Shown here one piece after another: positions 23,096-35,356 of a stretch of 64,000 nucleotides of DNA. Made by a program: the position numbers and the translations under genes. The DNA is from Somniosus microcephalus (lineage: Eukaryota). The DNA is taken from assembly GCA_052327205.1 (NCBI GenBank), contig JBMRGM010000043.1, forward strand, positions 31,248,001 through 31,312,000, given 5' to 3'. Under the pieces are notes generated by a model. It made no database searches, was not told where the DNA came from, and saw only the letters and a list, made by a program, of their open reading frames with translations. Position 1 is the first letter of the stretch, and the number at the start of each line of letters is the position of its first letter.

Positions 23096-23189
23096 AGAAC
23101 GAACTCTGAGTATGTTGCAGCCAAAGGACGTTTTCTTCAGGTTTATTTTGTATCTGTAGTGGTACAATGGAATTGTACCAAGCGGGGAG

Positions 23190-24149
23190 TGTGCTGCCTC
23201 TCCCTCTAACTTAACCTCACTGTATGTATTTAACTTACTTATATATGTATAACCTACCTGTTGGGGCCGTTGCCCCTTTAACTTACCTTTTAGGGCCATT
23301 GCCCCTTTAAGACGCGCCTTAGCGTGCTGACGTCACGTCACGTACAACGTAGCGTGCTGACGTCACGGCACGTACGACGTGACGTGCGTGAGGCGGCTGC
23401 CGGCCCGACTCGGCCTTCCAGAAAGGCTGCCGGCACAGCCCGGCCTAGCGTCTTTGGCCGCATCTACCAGCCGCCGGGAGCGACGCGATCTTCCGCTCCC
23501 GCGGCAAGCATCGGCTCAGCCTGGCCTCCAGCTCCCGCTCCCGACTTCGGCCTCCACGGCCAGAAACGCGACCACGCGCATCACGTGACGCCCCAAGCGC
23601 GGACAACGCTACCGAGCGTGATGAGGTCATCACGCTCCCCACAGGACTGCTACGTAGTCCTCGTGGAGTCCTCGCTGGGACACAGACCTACACCACGGTG
23701 CTCCTACAGCAGCACAGGCTCCGGGCAGTTGTATTGTCCCCATGCTTGAGTCTTGGAAATTGTTTGTCTGTAAGTATTTTAGAATGCTATGGATGATTAA
23801 TGTGCACTGTATGTTGTAGAAAATGTTTAGTTGTAACTTTTCTCTGCCTAGCTGATTAACTAGTAGCTGTATTTTCATACACTATGTACAGGGCTAATTT
23901 AAAGAGAATGCCTCCCAGTTTACTAAATGTACTGTGTTGCTCAGGCGTACCTAAATCTGTGTATACATATCAGTTGTGCGCCTGTATACTAATGTGTGCT
24001 TCCATTTCTGTGTTGTATTTCAGTTTTACAATTAGAATCGTTCAGTAAAATGTTACAAGAAAAGTCAAGCCTTGTGATTTTATTGGAAGATATCGAGTTG
24101 TTCGCTATCTGTCTAGCTCTGCATAGAATCGCGTTGCGAGGGCAGAACA
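23190..24149 (+). repeat. 3' LTR
   Basis: Direct repeat of 19837-20796, preceded by the PPT and followed by the TSD. Confidence 0.96.
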
Positions 24150-24446
24150 GGTACCAACCATAGAACTCTTTCAGTCGGCAAGTATATGTAATCAACATAG
24201 GCCTGTACGAGTAGGAGTATAAAGTTTGAAAAATGTTCCTGTAACAAAAGGACAGTATACTCACTAATCAAAGATCCGCAGCACTAGGACAATATAAACA
24301 GTCATTAAAATATCTGAGCCAGTATGACAGTTAAGTTATTAATCAAAGGCCTGTACCAATAGGACAGTATAGATAATGATTAGAGACCTGCAGCAGTCGG
24401 ACATTATAGGCACTAGTCATAGACCTGTAGCAAAAGGACAGATATT

Positions 24447-25141
24447 GGCCCAGAAATTCGGGTCTCCATGGGTGAGTACGCACGGGGTACTCACCAGTAA
24501 GGCCGATGGAAGTGCCGGTTTCCAGCATGCACTGCGCATTCGCGGGAAACCGGCACTTCCTTTCCACTGAAAGCAGGGGTTCAGAGGTCACGTGCGCGGG
24601 GGAGGCTGCGTGTGCGCATCTAACTTACGTTTTTCTTACAGGTTTTTCCGTGAGGGTAAGTCTGCAGAATTTAGAAATACAAAAAGCAGGCGTAAGGTCT
24701 GCTTCTTACAAGGTAAATGGTGAATTAATTAAATTAAAACATTTTTTTCCACAGGTTTATTATTTTTAAATACTTTACAGCTAGGTAAGTTGATTATTAG
24801 TCCCGTTAGAATAAAAAAATATTTTTTTCAAAAATTTCTATTATTGTTTATAAATAGTTATTCCTTGTCATTTATAGTTTGTTTAGTGCTATTTTGGGGC
24901 CGTAGCACTTCCTGTCAAGACTTATGAATGGAGCATTCCCTGCTCCAATTGGCTGCTCATGGCCCACGTAATCCCAGGGGACGCTTCAAACTAACTGTGC
25001 CCCTGGGATACGCAAGCACTGTGCGCCGGCAGTTTGACCAGGACCCGGATCGGAATCTCACGACTCAACCGCTGGCGCGCTAGGTTAGTGCAGATCAGGG
25101 GCTTACACCCGCAGGAAGCAACCGACCTACAATTCTGGGCC
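24447..25141. mobile_element. Non-autonomous DNA transposon/MITE (PIF/Harbinger-like)
   Basis: TIRs ggcccagaaatt / aattctgggcc, with 3-bp flanks att/aat. Absent from the paralog at ~52800. Same family as 59895-60660. Confidence 0.8.
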
Positions 25142-26835
25142 AATGTAATGAGCAATGACCGGCACCTCTAGGGCTATATATGTGCTAATAACGAACGGCA
25201 CGGTTAGTAAATTACAGGTTGCTTATCCAGTAGCTCTGTATCGGTCCCAGTCATAGACCAACACCAATGGAACTGTGCAGATTCTAATTAGAGTTTGCCA
25301 CAATATTATAGATTGGGTATTTATCGGAGATCTGTGCAAAGAGGACAGTATAGCTACTAATAGCTGGCCTGTACTAGAAGTCGTGTCTAAGTACTGATCA
25401 TATACATTCTGCAGTAGGACAGTCGAGGCAGCAATCATAGACCTGCACCAGTAGGTGATACCTACAGTGAGCCCGAGAGAGGAACAATATTGTGTGGCTC
25501 AAGGAGATGCCCCATTTAAGCCTCGTTTTGGGCTTCAGTTATTTGAGAGTCGAATCACCTATTTGCTAAACATTATTGACGGAATTAAGCTCTCGGGACT
25601 TAAATGGTTAATCATGCCAGGGTGTAACACCTCCCTTACCCCTCTACCGTTGTACCAGGCCACATACACAGAGCGGGAGTTGACCACTTCCCTAAGCCCG
25701 TGAAAAAAACAAGCCTTCACCCTGGGGCCACAGACCAGGCCAGTCTCTCTGTTAACGTTATAAACTGCGGTTAGAATAAATCATATTTGAAACAGTTTGA
25801 ACAGATTACTACGGCCTGGATTCCAACTGTTCGCTTCTGATAAGAATTCAGTTTAAAACTGACAGGGCTCAGGTAACTTTTCAGCGTTAGGGTGGATTCG
25901 TCATCGTGTCCGGTTTAATTTCCTCTTGGCTCCAATGTGGTCAGAAGTCACAGTGATCACAGTGTGCAGTCGGCTGGTGCATGGGCAGTGAGCAATACAG
26001 CTGCAGACTGCTCTCGGGGAACTCGCTCCAGCCGCTGTCTCCTCATTCCCCGTAAGTACCGACTCGGGATCTGCGCGTGCGTGCGTTTGGTAATGAAGAA
26101 GTCGAACAGTGTCAGCGGCTGAATGTGATTCTATGATATCAGTTTTCAGGTGAACAGAACTGAAAACAGCTGATCCGAAGCGCGGGTCTTCACAGAGGGA
26201 GGTGGACTGCTTCTCGGATCCCCCGCATTCGAAATGATTCACATCTGTCGCCTTCTGACCTTGTGTAAGTAAATCTCAAATATTTCCAGTGCCTTTGAAA
26301 ATCAACGTCACTCACCCCTGACCGTTAACCAGATTAATAAGACTCATTCAGTGAGAGGGTGCTTCACAGTAAATTAATATTCAGACTTTATTAAGGTCAA
26401 ACATTCAATTATACTGCATTGAAATGTCATTTCCATGCTTCAGTTTTAATCAGAATTTAGTGGAACAACAGAAATAAGTTTGATTAGTCAGGCAAACAGG
26501 ATCTTTCTGCTCATCTAAGGTTGCAGCCGACCTTAGTCACATCTAAACGGTCCAATATTTATTATTTCACCAATTATTTAGCCTCACCTGCAGAAACTGC
26601 TTGCACGTTTCTTATTGTTGTCGTTTTGTTTATTAGAAAAAAATAAATGTTTTATGCGCTTCATCTCAAGTATCAGAGTTGGCTCAGTTGACTCACTCTT
26701 ACAAATTGCTCTTAATACATGCGGTGAGATTTACAGTGCGTGGGTTCTGTGGCTAGATGTTAAACTTGGTCCATGTCATTGCTTGATGATTTCGTGTGCG
26801 GCAGGCACGCTTCTTGTTAACAACTGCCACAGTGC

Positions 26836-26869
<34 letters not shown>

Positions 26870-27003
26870 GGCGGAGCGGGAGAGGGAGTCAGTGCGAAAG
26901 ACAATCAGATAGGGACAGAGAGAGACAGATAGACAGAGATTGTAAGAAAGTAACAATTAAGCTGTCCACGAAGGAGAGTGACAGAGAGAGAGAGAGAGAG
27001 AGG
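26836..27003. repeat. (GA)n microsatellite region
   Basis: Runs of gagaga. Paralog at 54521-54672. Confidence 0.8.
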
Positions 27004-28037
27004 GCAGGAGTTTTTTTTTCAACTCAGTTTTGCAGATTCACGATGAAGGGCTGCTTTTATTTTCTGTTGTGAGGGAGAAAATAGACATTAACGGGACGAC
27101 AACACTTGAGTTAACAAAGCTGAGGAGAACATATTTACTATGATTATACTTGACCTAAACTGACGGCTTAAGGGTGTTTGGCAAGGAAATTTAAAATGCT
27201 GCATCTTTAAAATTAATTTCTGATGCTGTTTATTGGAATTTAGACAGAAATGACTCTTTATGGCCACAGGACATTGAGGCTGCCTTCCTGTGAGATGCTG
27301 ACGTCAGCGCTCTATTGGCTTGTTAACCACTGGATCACAAGCCCAGCAAACAGGAACAAACAACAGGGTTTGCATCTTTAATGTACCACCGACTCTTTCA
27401 CCAGAATCTCATCTATTTTAGTAACTTGACATCAGTTGTGGGACCATGTTGGTCACAGCTACTTCCACAGATTAATGAGGTAGAGCTTAAAATATGTGAA
27501 GTTAACCTCAAGTTGTTCATTCTTGAGCATATAATAGGCCCCATGATTTATTTGTTGCACAGCACATGAAACCCACTTTTTGGAAATATTGGCCTAACTG
27601 AATGCTTGAAACATTCACCCTATTGAATCCTAGCTGGACAAAAGTCCCAGGTTCTACATGTTGAACAATGAAATACAGACACATCTGCATTGACCATTGA
27701 CCCTTTTGCAATTATATTTGCAAGGTTTGCAGCAGCAGGCATTGCCTTAGTAGTCTGATTCCTGTGGCCTGAGGCGCGACAAAAGCTTCCTGCTGCTTTC
27801 TGCTGCTAGCGGCTGGGTCATGTATTGTCTTCACGAGTATCAGTTGCAACCCAGGTAATACTTGTGATTCTGAATCGATTAAAGATGAGTTAACTGATGA
27901 TAGGAACATACCAACAGGAGTAGGCCATTCAGCCCTTCGACGCTGCTCTGTCATTCAATTATATGATGGTTAATCTGTACCTCCACTCCAATTACCCCAC
28001 TTTGCTCAACATCCATTGTTACGCTTACTCAACTCGT

Positions 28038-28425
28038 GTCAGCCGTGGCTCAGTGTATAGCATTCTCGCCTCTGAGTCAGAAGGTTCGTGTGATTCCGGT
28101 CCCACTACAGGGACTTGAGCACAATCAACTAAGCTGATACTCCAGTGCAGTGCTGAGGGAGTGCCGCACTGTCGGATTGGCCGTTTTTTATAATAGACGT
28201 TAAAGTGAGGCCCCTTCCAGGGTGTTTATCCCTGGTGCCCTGGGCAATATTTGTCCCTCAATCAACATGACAAAAACAGATAATCTGGTCATTATCAACA
28301 TCATTGTGTGAACATTGGCTGCCACATTTCCTACACTGACTAAACTTTAAATGTCCTTCATTGGTTTTAAAACGCTTTGGGAAGTTCGGAGGTCTTGAAA
28401 GGCGCTATAGGAATGCAACTATTTC
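28038..28425 (+). mobile_element. Deu-domain SINE (SacSINE1-like)
   Basis: tRNA-like head (tggctcagtg...ggttcg), Deu core 'ctccagtgcagtgctgagggagtgc.gcactgtcgg', tail 'gaaaggcgctatag.aatgcaa'. Co-duplicated at ~50637, ~55708 and ~59250. Confidence 0.7.
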
Positions 28426-28995
28426 TTTCATTTTTTAACGAAGATCTATCGATCTCCGTCTTGGAAGTACCAATTTACCCGCAAAATCCACAGCGGTTTT
28501 TGTAAAGAGCGTTGAAATTTCTCACTACACATTGTGTGAAAAAGTGCTTCCTGATTTCCATCCTAAATGGCCTATAAACAATTTTAATGAAATATTCCCT
28601 TCTCCTTGACAGAACAATCACACTCATTGGCTCTCAGAACAATGATACATTTCAATATTTGTCAGTTTCCTTTCATCCGGCAGCAACTTTTCCATATAGT
28701 CCTCAGACCATGGGGAACTTCCACAAAATAACAATTTATCTTTGTCTGTGAGAGGGACAATTGGCATCATTCGATATATTAATATTTTACATTTACTTCA
28801 ACTGAACTGAATACCTCGTGGCATGTATGGACTGGCAGCAAATGTGTTTCCGCCTGTTTTGTGTCCCTGCCGAAGTCAAATTTCAACCCCTGGGTGTTTC
28901 CTCTATTCAGCTGCCTTACAGCTGAGCAGCTGAGGTCAAACTTGAAGATGGTCTCAGATAATGAAACATATTTTACATTGTCTTCTCTCTTGCAG

Positions 28996-29025
28996 TGCAA
29001 ATTACTCATCAGGCGACCACACAAG
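28996..29025 (+). CDS. Gene 2 candidate split-signal-peptide mini-exon (30 bp)
   Basis: ctcttgcAG|tgcaaattactcatcaggcgaccacacaag|GTatga. Read phase 1-1 it gives xQITHQATTQ. Splice sites are conserved in three copies. Confidence 0.6.
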
Positions 29026-29384
29026 GTATGATGACAATAATGTCCTTTATTGATAATAATCCACTTGTGGAATGAACGCTTCCAATTTATATCTATAGGA
29101 CAACAACAATCCAGCAATGGAGTAATTATCAGCTGTTCGCCCGTGCGTAAAACTGTGGTTCTGGACTCGCCACCTATGAGAAACTTTCGGTCATCATTTT
29201 CATTGATTCGGTGGGAATGTAAAGTGGGCGGTTTCTCTCACGGTCGGCCAATCAGAACCCCAGTTTTAAGCCTCGGCGCCAAGTTTAATGTCTACCACAA
29301 TATATTAAAGAAAAAGCGACCTAGAAATTTGTCTGTGTAACTGCTAGATCATTTAACTGTGGGTTGGCAGCGAGTAATCATAAC

Positions 29385-30615
29385 TGAGTAAATAAATGGA
29401 TGGATAGATAGACAGTTCTTTGTTGAAGTAACAGGGAATGCTAATCAAATTAGTGCAGTTCACTGTCGTGTATATAGACTTTCAAAAAATGCCTAATGAA
29501 GTACCACACAACTGATTTGTTCGCAAAAATCGTATTGTTATCATTGCGATTAAGGGGTACGGACAGCGTGGATAAGAAATTGTCTGAGACAAGGAAGCAG
29601 AGAATAGTTTTCAATTTTCGTTTTCTGTGATTGGAAGGGAATATTCAGTGTTATTCATAGTCATAGAGTTATACAGCACAGAAAGAGGCCCTTCGGCCCA
29701 TCGTGTACACGCCAGCCATCAAGCCCTATCTATTCTAATCCCATTTTCGAGCTCTTGGTCCGTAGCCTTGTATGCTGTTGCGTTTCAAGTGCTCATCTGA
29801 ATGCTTCTTGAATGTTGTGAGGGTTCCTGCATCTACCATTTCATGATGATATGGAAATATATGGAAAGCGTACTTATTCTGTGTCGCTTTTATGCTTTCG
29901 CTAGTAAATCTGATGGGAGAGTGCATGGAGCACACTCCGACCATTCTGTTCTGCAATGACATACGGGGTGGGAGGCGGTGACTAGTGGTGTTTTGCAAGG
30001 ATCAGTGCTTGGGCACCAGCTATTCACAATAAATATCAATGATTTGGATGAGGGAACCAAATATAATATTTCCAAGTTTGCTGATGAAATGACACGAGGT
30101 GGGATCGTGAGTTGTTATTAGGAGGCAAAGTGTCTTCAAGGAGATTTAGACAAGTTGAGTGAGTGGGCAAAACCATTGCAGATGCAGCATAACGTGGATA
30201 AATGTGAAGTTATCCACTTCGGTTGGAAAAACAGAAAGGCAGAGTACTAAATAAATGGTGATAGATTGGGAAATGTTCATGTATAAAGGGACCTGTGTGT
30301 CCTTGTACCCCAAACACTGAAAGCAAATATGCAGGTACAGCAAGCAGTTAGGAAGGCAAGTGGTATGTTGATATTCATTGCAAGAGGATTTGAGTACAGG
30401 AGCAAGGATGTCTTTCTACAGTTATAGAGGGCCTTGGTGAGACAACACCTGGAGTACTGTGTGCAGTTTTGGTCTCCTTACCTAAGAAAGGATGTACTTG
30501 ACATAGAGGGAGTGCAGCGAAAGTTCACCAGACTGGTTGCCGGGATGGCAGGACTGTCGTATGAGGACAGACTGGGTCGACTAGGCCTGTGTTCACTACA
30601 GTTTAGAAGAATGTG
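29385..30615 (+). mobile_element. Composite of CR1 fragments (with an antisense LINE tail at ~29655-29860)
   Basis: QGSVLG, SKFAD, VRQHLEYCVQFWSPYLRKD motifs with stops. Confidence 0.8.
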
Positions 30616-30941
30616 TGGATCTCGAAAATAGCGAAAAGAGCAAAGTTCTATTGAAGGATTCATACTTGAATAAGTCTTGCACAGCGTGGAGTTCCTGTAT
30701 CAGCAGAATATATTAAGCAGATTAAGTTCTCCGCAAACAAAGCAGCGAGTGGAAATCCATAACAATATAGTAATGCTGCCTACTGGAGTGTTCCACAATA
30801 CAGCTGCTGGTTACCATTTAGTACAGTCGCACCTCGTGGTGGTTCTTGGTATATCCTTGCTCTTGTTATCAATAATCTCTGCTATTTGTTTAACTATATG
30901 AGATGAATTCTTACCTCCCAATCCATATTCTGTTTTCACCG

Positions 30942-31218
30942 AACTCTTCTCCAAACCTAAACTGAGGACTGAGCCTGCAGTTAAAATATTTGAGGTAGAC
31001 CAGTTAAAATTCATTTTTTTATTGAAACAATGCTGTTCAATATTAGGCTTCAATACACATTTCACAAAAATGGCAAAGCTCTGCAGTTGAATTCATACAT
31101 CAACTCTAAGCACATGGGGGCAGCTTCTTTGAAGGGCTCGGTGACTTAGCCTTGTTGAGCAAATGCTTTCTACCACCGTGATAACAACAGAGTGATGAGG
31201 TTTCCATTACGGTAGAAG
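30942..31218 (+). pseudogene. Gene 2 dead Ig exon (paralog of 1757-2035)
   Basis: Acceptor CAG>CCG at 30939-30941, a 1-bp deletion removing the first Cys, and TAG/TGA in the DSGTYQC-equivalent segment. Confidence 0.85.
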
Positions 31219-32551
31219 GTAAATAGAACCAGCTGTAATTACTGTTCATCTTTCATTTAAAGAATTCTTCAGGGGATTATAGATAAATAAATATACGGGA
31301 GGGATCCAATGTGGAAAAAGATTTACTCCCAGCTTTATCACATAATAAATCAATTTTGGATGTGATCTGTTTAAATCAAAGCGCCACCTGGTTCTATAAA
31401 AAATCCATACATTTACTGAAACCCACACTTGTAATAGCTGCAACGTTTGAAGACCAGTGTCCACTCCCAGTGGCTAATATTAGCTTCCTGCAATAGTGTC
31501 GAATGGGCGATACTGAATTTGCCTCCCATTATATGTCCCTCCCGTGTTTGCGTCGCATCATTATCATTGGACAGGAACATCGTGCGTGGTGTACAATTGG
31601 TGCAAGATTCGATACCACGCGTTTTACACCATGGATCCAAGGTCAAGTTACCTCCTCTGTTTCTGTCTGACTGAATCAGCAACGAGCAGAACCTGGTCAG
31701 GAACAGCACGGTGTTTAATCAGACAGTGCCTTACCACTTACTAGTCCCGGCAATCGTTGCTAGCTGAAATCTCGGTGCTAAAATTTAACTTGGAGAGTGC
31801 AGTAGATAATTGGCAGACAAGGAAATCGAATTTCACCTGTGTGTAGATAGTATGGCCAATGAGCTACTACCGGTTTTGCACCCCAGACAAACTTGAATTT
31901 CCACCCCTCCAATTTCAGTAGAGGGGGATGACGGGGTGGCAAAACGCCGGAGGCTATTGAAGGCTGAGCCTCTGATGTCCGGCCTCTCGATTGCATTCAG
32001 TTAGAATCTGCCAATCATAACTCTATCTTTACATTTTAAAAGGAGCAGGCAATCAGAACACCAAGTGGGTGTTATCGATCCTGTGTCATCAGTGGATTTT
32101 CAAAGAATTGCATTGTCCATAGCTGAGCGTTTAACATGAATGTCCTAAAATGTGAAGGTGCTGCAACAATGACCAATGAGGTTTCAGTATTTAAGACTTG
32201 GGCATAAAGCATCGCCTGGGCGGAGAGCAGAGTCCAAAATCTGAGTGGGGGGAATGGGGTGGGCTGAAGAGGGATAATCTCACAGGACCCGCAGGATGTT
32301 TCCTCCATTCATTTTAACGGAAGGGTTAACTTCTCCCCAAATCTAGCCACGAGAGTATGTTCAGATGTCGGTGTTCCAAAATGCATCTTCCTATAAACCG
32401 AGTGCAATCAAGGATTATTGAACGGCTCTTTCTTTGAACCGCTGTCAGCATTTCATTGCTCTGATCATTAACTTGTGTTATCCAAACAAATACTTTCATA
32501 AATCTTTGAGAGATGCTTCAGCTGGTAAATCTATTTTTTACTCTTTTATAG

Positions 32552-32830
32552 AGCTCTTCTCCAAACCTACATTGAGGGCTGATTCTGAAGCTCAAATATT
32601 TGAGGGCCAACAGTTAAATCTCGCATGTTCGGCTGAAATATTTCGCTCCAGTTCGTCTTTGAGATATGTATTTTTCAAAGATGAACAAGCTCTCAATTCA
32701 GCGGCAGACCACAACTATTACATCAAGGAGACATCACTGCTGGACGATTCGGGGGTTTACCAGTGTGAAGCAAGTACTTTGAACAGTGAGGTGAAGAAAC
32801 TGAGTAATCAGGTTTCTGTTTCAGTCAGAC
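32552..32830 (+). CDS. Gene 2 Ig exon (paralog of 3224-3502), intact
   Basis: ttatAG|...cagac|GTgagt, 279 bp. Translates ELFSKPTLRADSEAQIFEGQQLNLAC...DDSGVYQCEA...VSVR. Confidence 0.85.
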
Positions 32831-33709
32831 GTGAGTACAATTTACTGTTAGAATTTAGCATCTTTCATCCACAAAATTCCCAGCAGGTTCGCACACGGGG
32901 ATTGATCCGTGAAGTAAGGGCCTTACCTATATGTTCAACATGCACTGAATACATAAATAACTAAATTATTGTCGCATAGACAACAGGGGAAAGGAAATAA
33001 TAGCATGTTTATACAACACATTCGTGAGGCCACAGATACTGTGTCCAATGTCTTGCCTTCCATTTTAAAGAGAACAGTAAAATCACAGAAAACGGGAAGC
33101 GTTGATTCACCAGATGACGCCAGGGATGGAAAACCTTATTCACCAGAATAGACTTGAGCTACTGGCACGAACACTACCGGAGTAGCCATGGCTAAGAGTT
33201 ATTTCATTACTGTTTATTACATGATAAGACCGAGATAGGGTGATAAGGGAATGGTATTTACTCTGATTGCGAAGACAGGAAGGAGGGATCATTGATGTAT
33301 AATTATCAATATAAGCGGGAGGATAGCTTAGAAGAACGTTCTTTATTCGAGGATTGCTGGAACAAAGAATGATTGGCCAAGTGGAGCAGTGGAGTTAGAT
33401 GCAATTGCATTTAGGTAGATAGTGTTTATGGTACTGGAATAGTGCAGAGTTAGTAGGAATCAGTACCAGGCCAGAGATAGTAGGGTGGCCACTAGTGGAT
33501 TGCAATAGGAATCATTGCAGTTCCAGAATCAGTTTTTCCTCTATTAATTCCACTGACTGCTGAAGTAGGAGAGGGGCACGGGCGCCCAAGATTGGAGTGG
33601 TAACCTAAATGACGAGGCTCTTTATTTTGATGAGAGCCCTATTTCACTTTGAAAGTAATACTACAAATTCCACAAAAGCAATGTAATTGACAAATGGTTA
33701 TATTTACAG

Positions 33710-33997
33710 GAATCCCAGTGTCCAAACCGGAACTGGCAATCAGCCCTGGTAAAGAGTTACTGGAAGGTGACACAGCGTCGTTAACCTGCTCAGTGTTCAA
33801 CGGTTCTACCCCGATTACCTACATATTCTACAAAGGCCCAAATAAAGAACTCTTCCGAGAGGAGTCCAACCTAACCGAAATTACTTACCAAATCGGTAAA
33901 GTCAACCAAAGCACCCAAGGGGATTATATTTGTGGTGTTTCAAACGAAGCGACCAGACGTCCTCTACACAGCGATTTTGTTACGGTTGCAGTGCTAG
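33710..33997 (+). CDS. Gene 2 membrane-proximal Ig exon (paralog of 4197-4484), intact
   Basis: ttacAG|...gtgctag|GTgagt, 288 bp. Translates RIPVSKPELAISPGKELLEGDTASLTC...GDYICGVSN...VAVL. Confidence 0.85.
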
Positions 33998-34499
33998 GTG
34001 AGTTATTATAAATACCTCTGAGGCAGAACGAAACAAGTGACTCAGTGAGAACAGTCCGGGAATCACTGCTTTTGCCAATAGCTTGGACGTTGTAACATCT
34101 TCTTTGACATTCTTCTGTGTGAAGTGAGGCACTGCGCCATTTACATTAAACAGGTGAATGCCTAAAAAGAACAAGAATGTCATCTGATTGCATCAAGTAT
34201 TGGTCTACAAACTGCAACTGTTAGTTGTAGATTTAAAACGGCCGATCAGTCTGTTTAATTGACAAATTGAGAGAAGTTATACGGAGAGGTTAATGACGAC
34301 TCAAATCTTAATACCATCGGCAGTAATTTTTGGGCTATAAATTTTAGAACATCATCTCTTAACCGTAGCTGCTAATACTTTTGTATTTGTATATGGGATT
34401 GGGCGTCGCTGGCAACATTTGCTTTAATTGGCCATCCCTAATTGCCCTTGAGAAGGTAGTGGTGAGCCACCTTCTTGAACCGCTGCAGTCCACGTGGTG

Positions 34500-34973
34500 A
34501 TCATCCAAATTCAGTACCCTGTCCCTGCTTTCTACCCACATCCCTTGATCCTGTTAGCCTTAAGCAACATATCTAACTCCTTCTTGAAAATAATTAATGA
34601 ATTGGCCTCAACTTCCTTTTGTGGTAGAGAATTCCACAGGTTCTCCACTCTCTGGGTGAAGAAATTCCTCCTCATCTCTGTTCTAAATGGCTTACCCCTT
34701 ATCCTTAGACTGTGACCCCTGGTTCTGGACTCCCCGACTATCGGGAACATCCTTCCTGCATCTAATCTGTCGAGTCCTTTTAGAATTTTATACGTTTTAT
34801 TGAGATCCCCTCTCATTCTTCAAAACTCCAGTGAATATAAGCCCAATTGACCCAATCACTCCTCATACGGCATTCCTGTCATCCCAGGTATCAGTCCAGT
34901 TAATCAGCGCTGTACTCCCTCCATGGCGAGAACATCCTTCCTCAGATAAGGAGAACATCCTTCCTCAGATAAG
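34500..34973 (-). mobile_element. CR1 3' fragment
   Basis: Minus ORF 34532..34816 (MRGDLNKTYKILKGLDRLDAGRMFP...). A 23-bp tandem duplication sits at its 5' junction (34928-34973). Confidence 0.88.
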
Positions 34974-34975
34974 TT

Positions 34976-35163
34976 ACTTGAGGGCCAACAGTTAAAACTC
35001 GCCTGTTTGGTTGAAATATTTCGCTCCAGTTCAGCGGCAGACCACAACTATTACATTAAGGAAACATCACGGCCTGACGATTCGGGGACTTACCTTGGTA
35101 AAGCAACTACTTTGCACAGCGAGGTGAAGAAACTGAACAATCAGGTTTCAGTTTCAGTCAGAC
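34976..35163 (+). pseudogene. Extra truncated copy of the second Ig exon
   Basis: EGQQLKLACLVEIFRSS joined directly to SAADHNYYIKETSRPDDSGTYLGKA (internal deletion, second Cys lost). No acceptor; the donor GTgagt is retained. Confidence 0.8.
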
Positions 35164-35356
35164 GTGAGTACAATTTACTGCAATTATCTATCATCTTTCA
35201 TCCACTAAATTACCAACACATGCACACAATGGGATTCTTCATTCTGGCACAAGGCTTATCTATATGTTTAAGATGCACTGTATAAATAAATGAATATATC
35301 CGTACATACTTGAAACCGTATTATGTTATTCATGGGATATGTTTATTTTATTCCAG

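Larger units (their letters stand above)
19837..24149 (+). mobile_element. BEL/Pao-family LTR retrotransposon, internally deleted (non-autonomous), 4313 bp
   Basis: TG...CA LTRs of 960 bp. 5-bp TSD GGTAC at 19832-19836 and 24150-24154. PPT 'aagcggggag' before the 3' LTR. Pao-type protein motifs. A paralogous empty site with a single GGTAC is at 52504-52508. Confidence 0.96.
25480..29560 (+). repeat. Leader module copy A1 (putative promoter/5' exon, intron, 30-bp mini-exon) feeding gene 2
   Basis: Colinear homology with 47100-52140, 53140-56075 and 56080-61450. Splice donor cccc|GTaagt at 26052. Confidence 0.8.

Noticed and set aside
25981-27068. ATG exons MGSEQYSCRLL..HSP (25981-26051) and MKGCFYFL (27043-27068) as signal exon S1
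   Set aside because: Both end in phase 2. The first is not hydrophobic and the second is not conserved as an ORF in module B2. The true start is left unresolved.
28962-29025. MKHILHCLLSCSANYSSGDHT as a single-exon signal peptide
   Set aside because: It ends in phase 2 at the donor, incompatible with the phase-1 Ig exons, and its hydrophobic look comes from the polypyrimidine tract.
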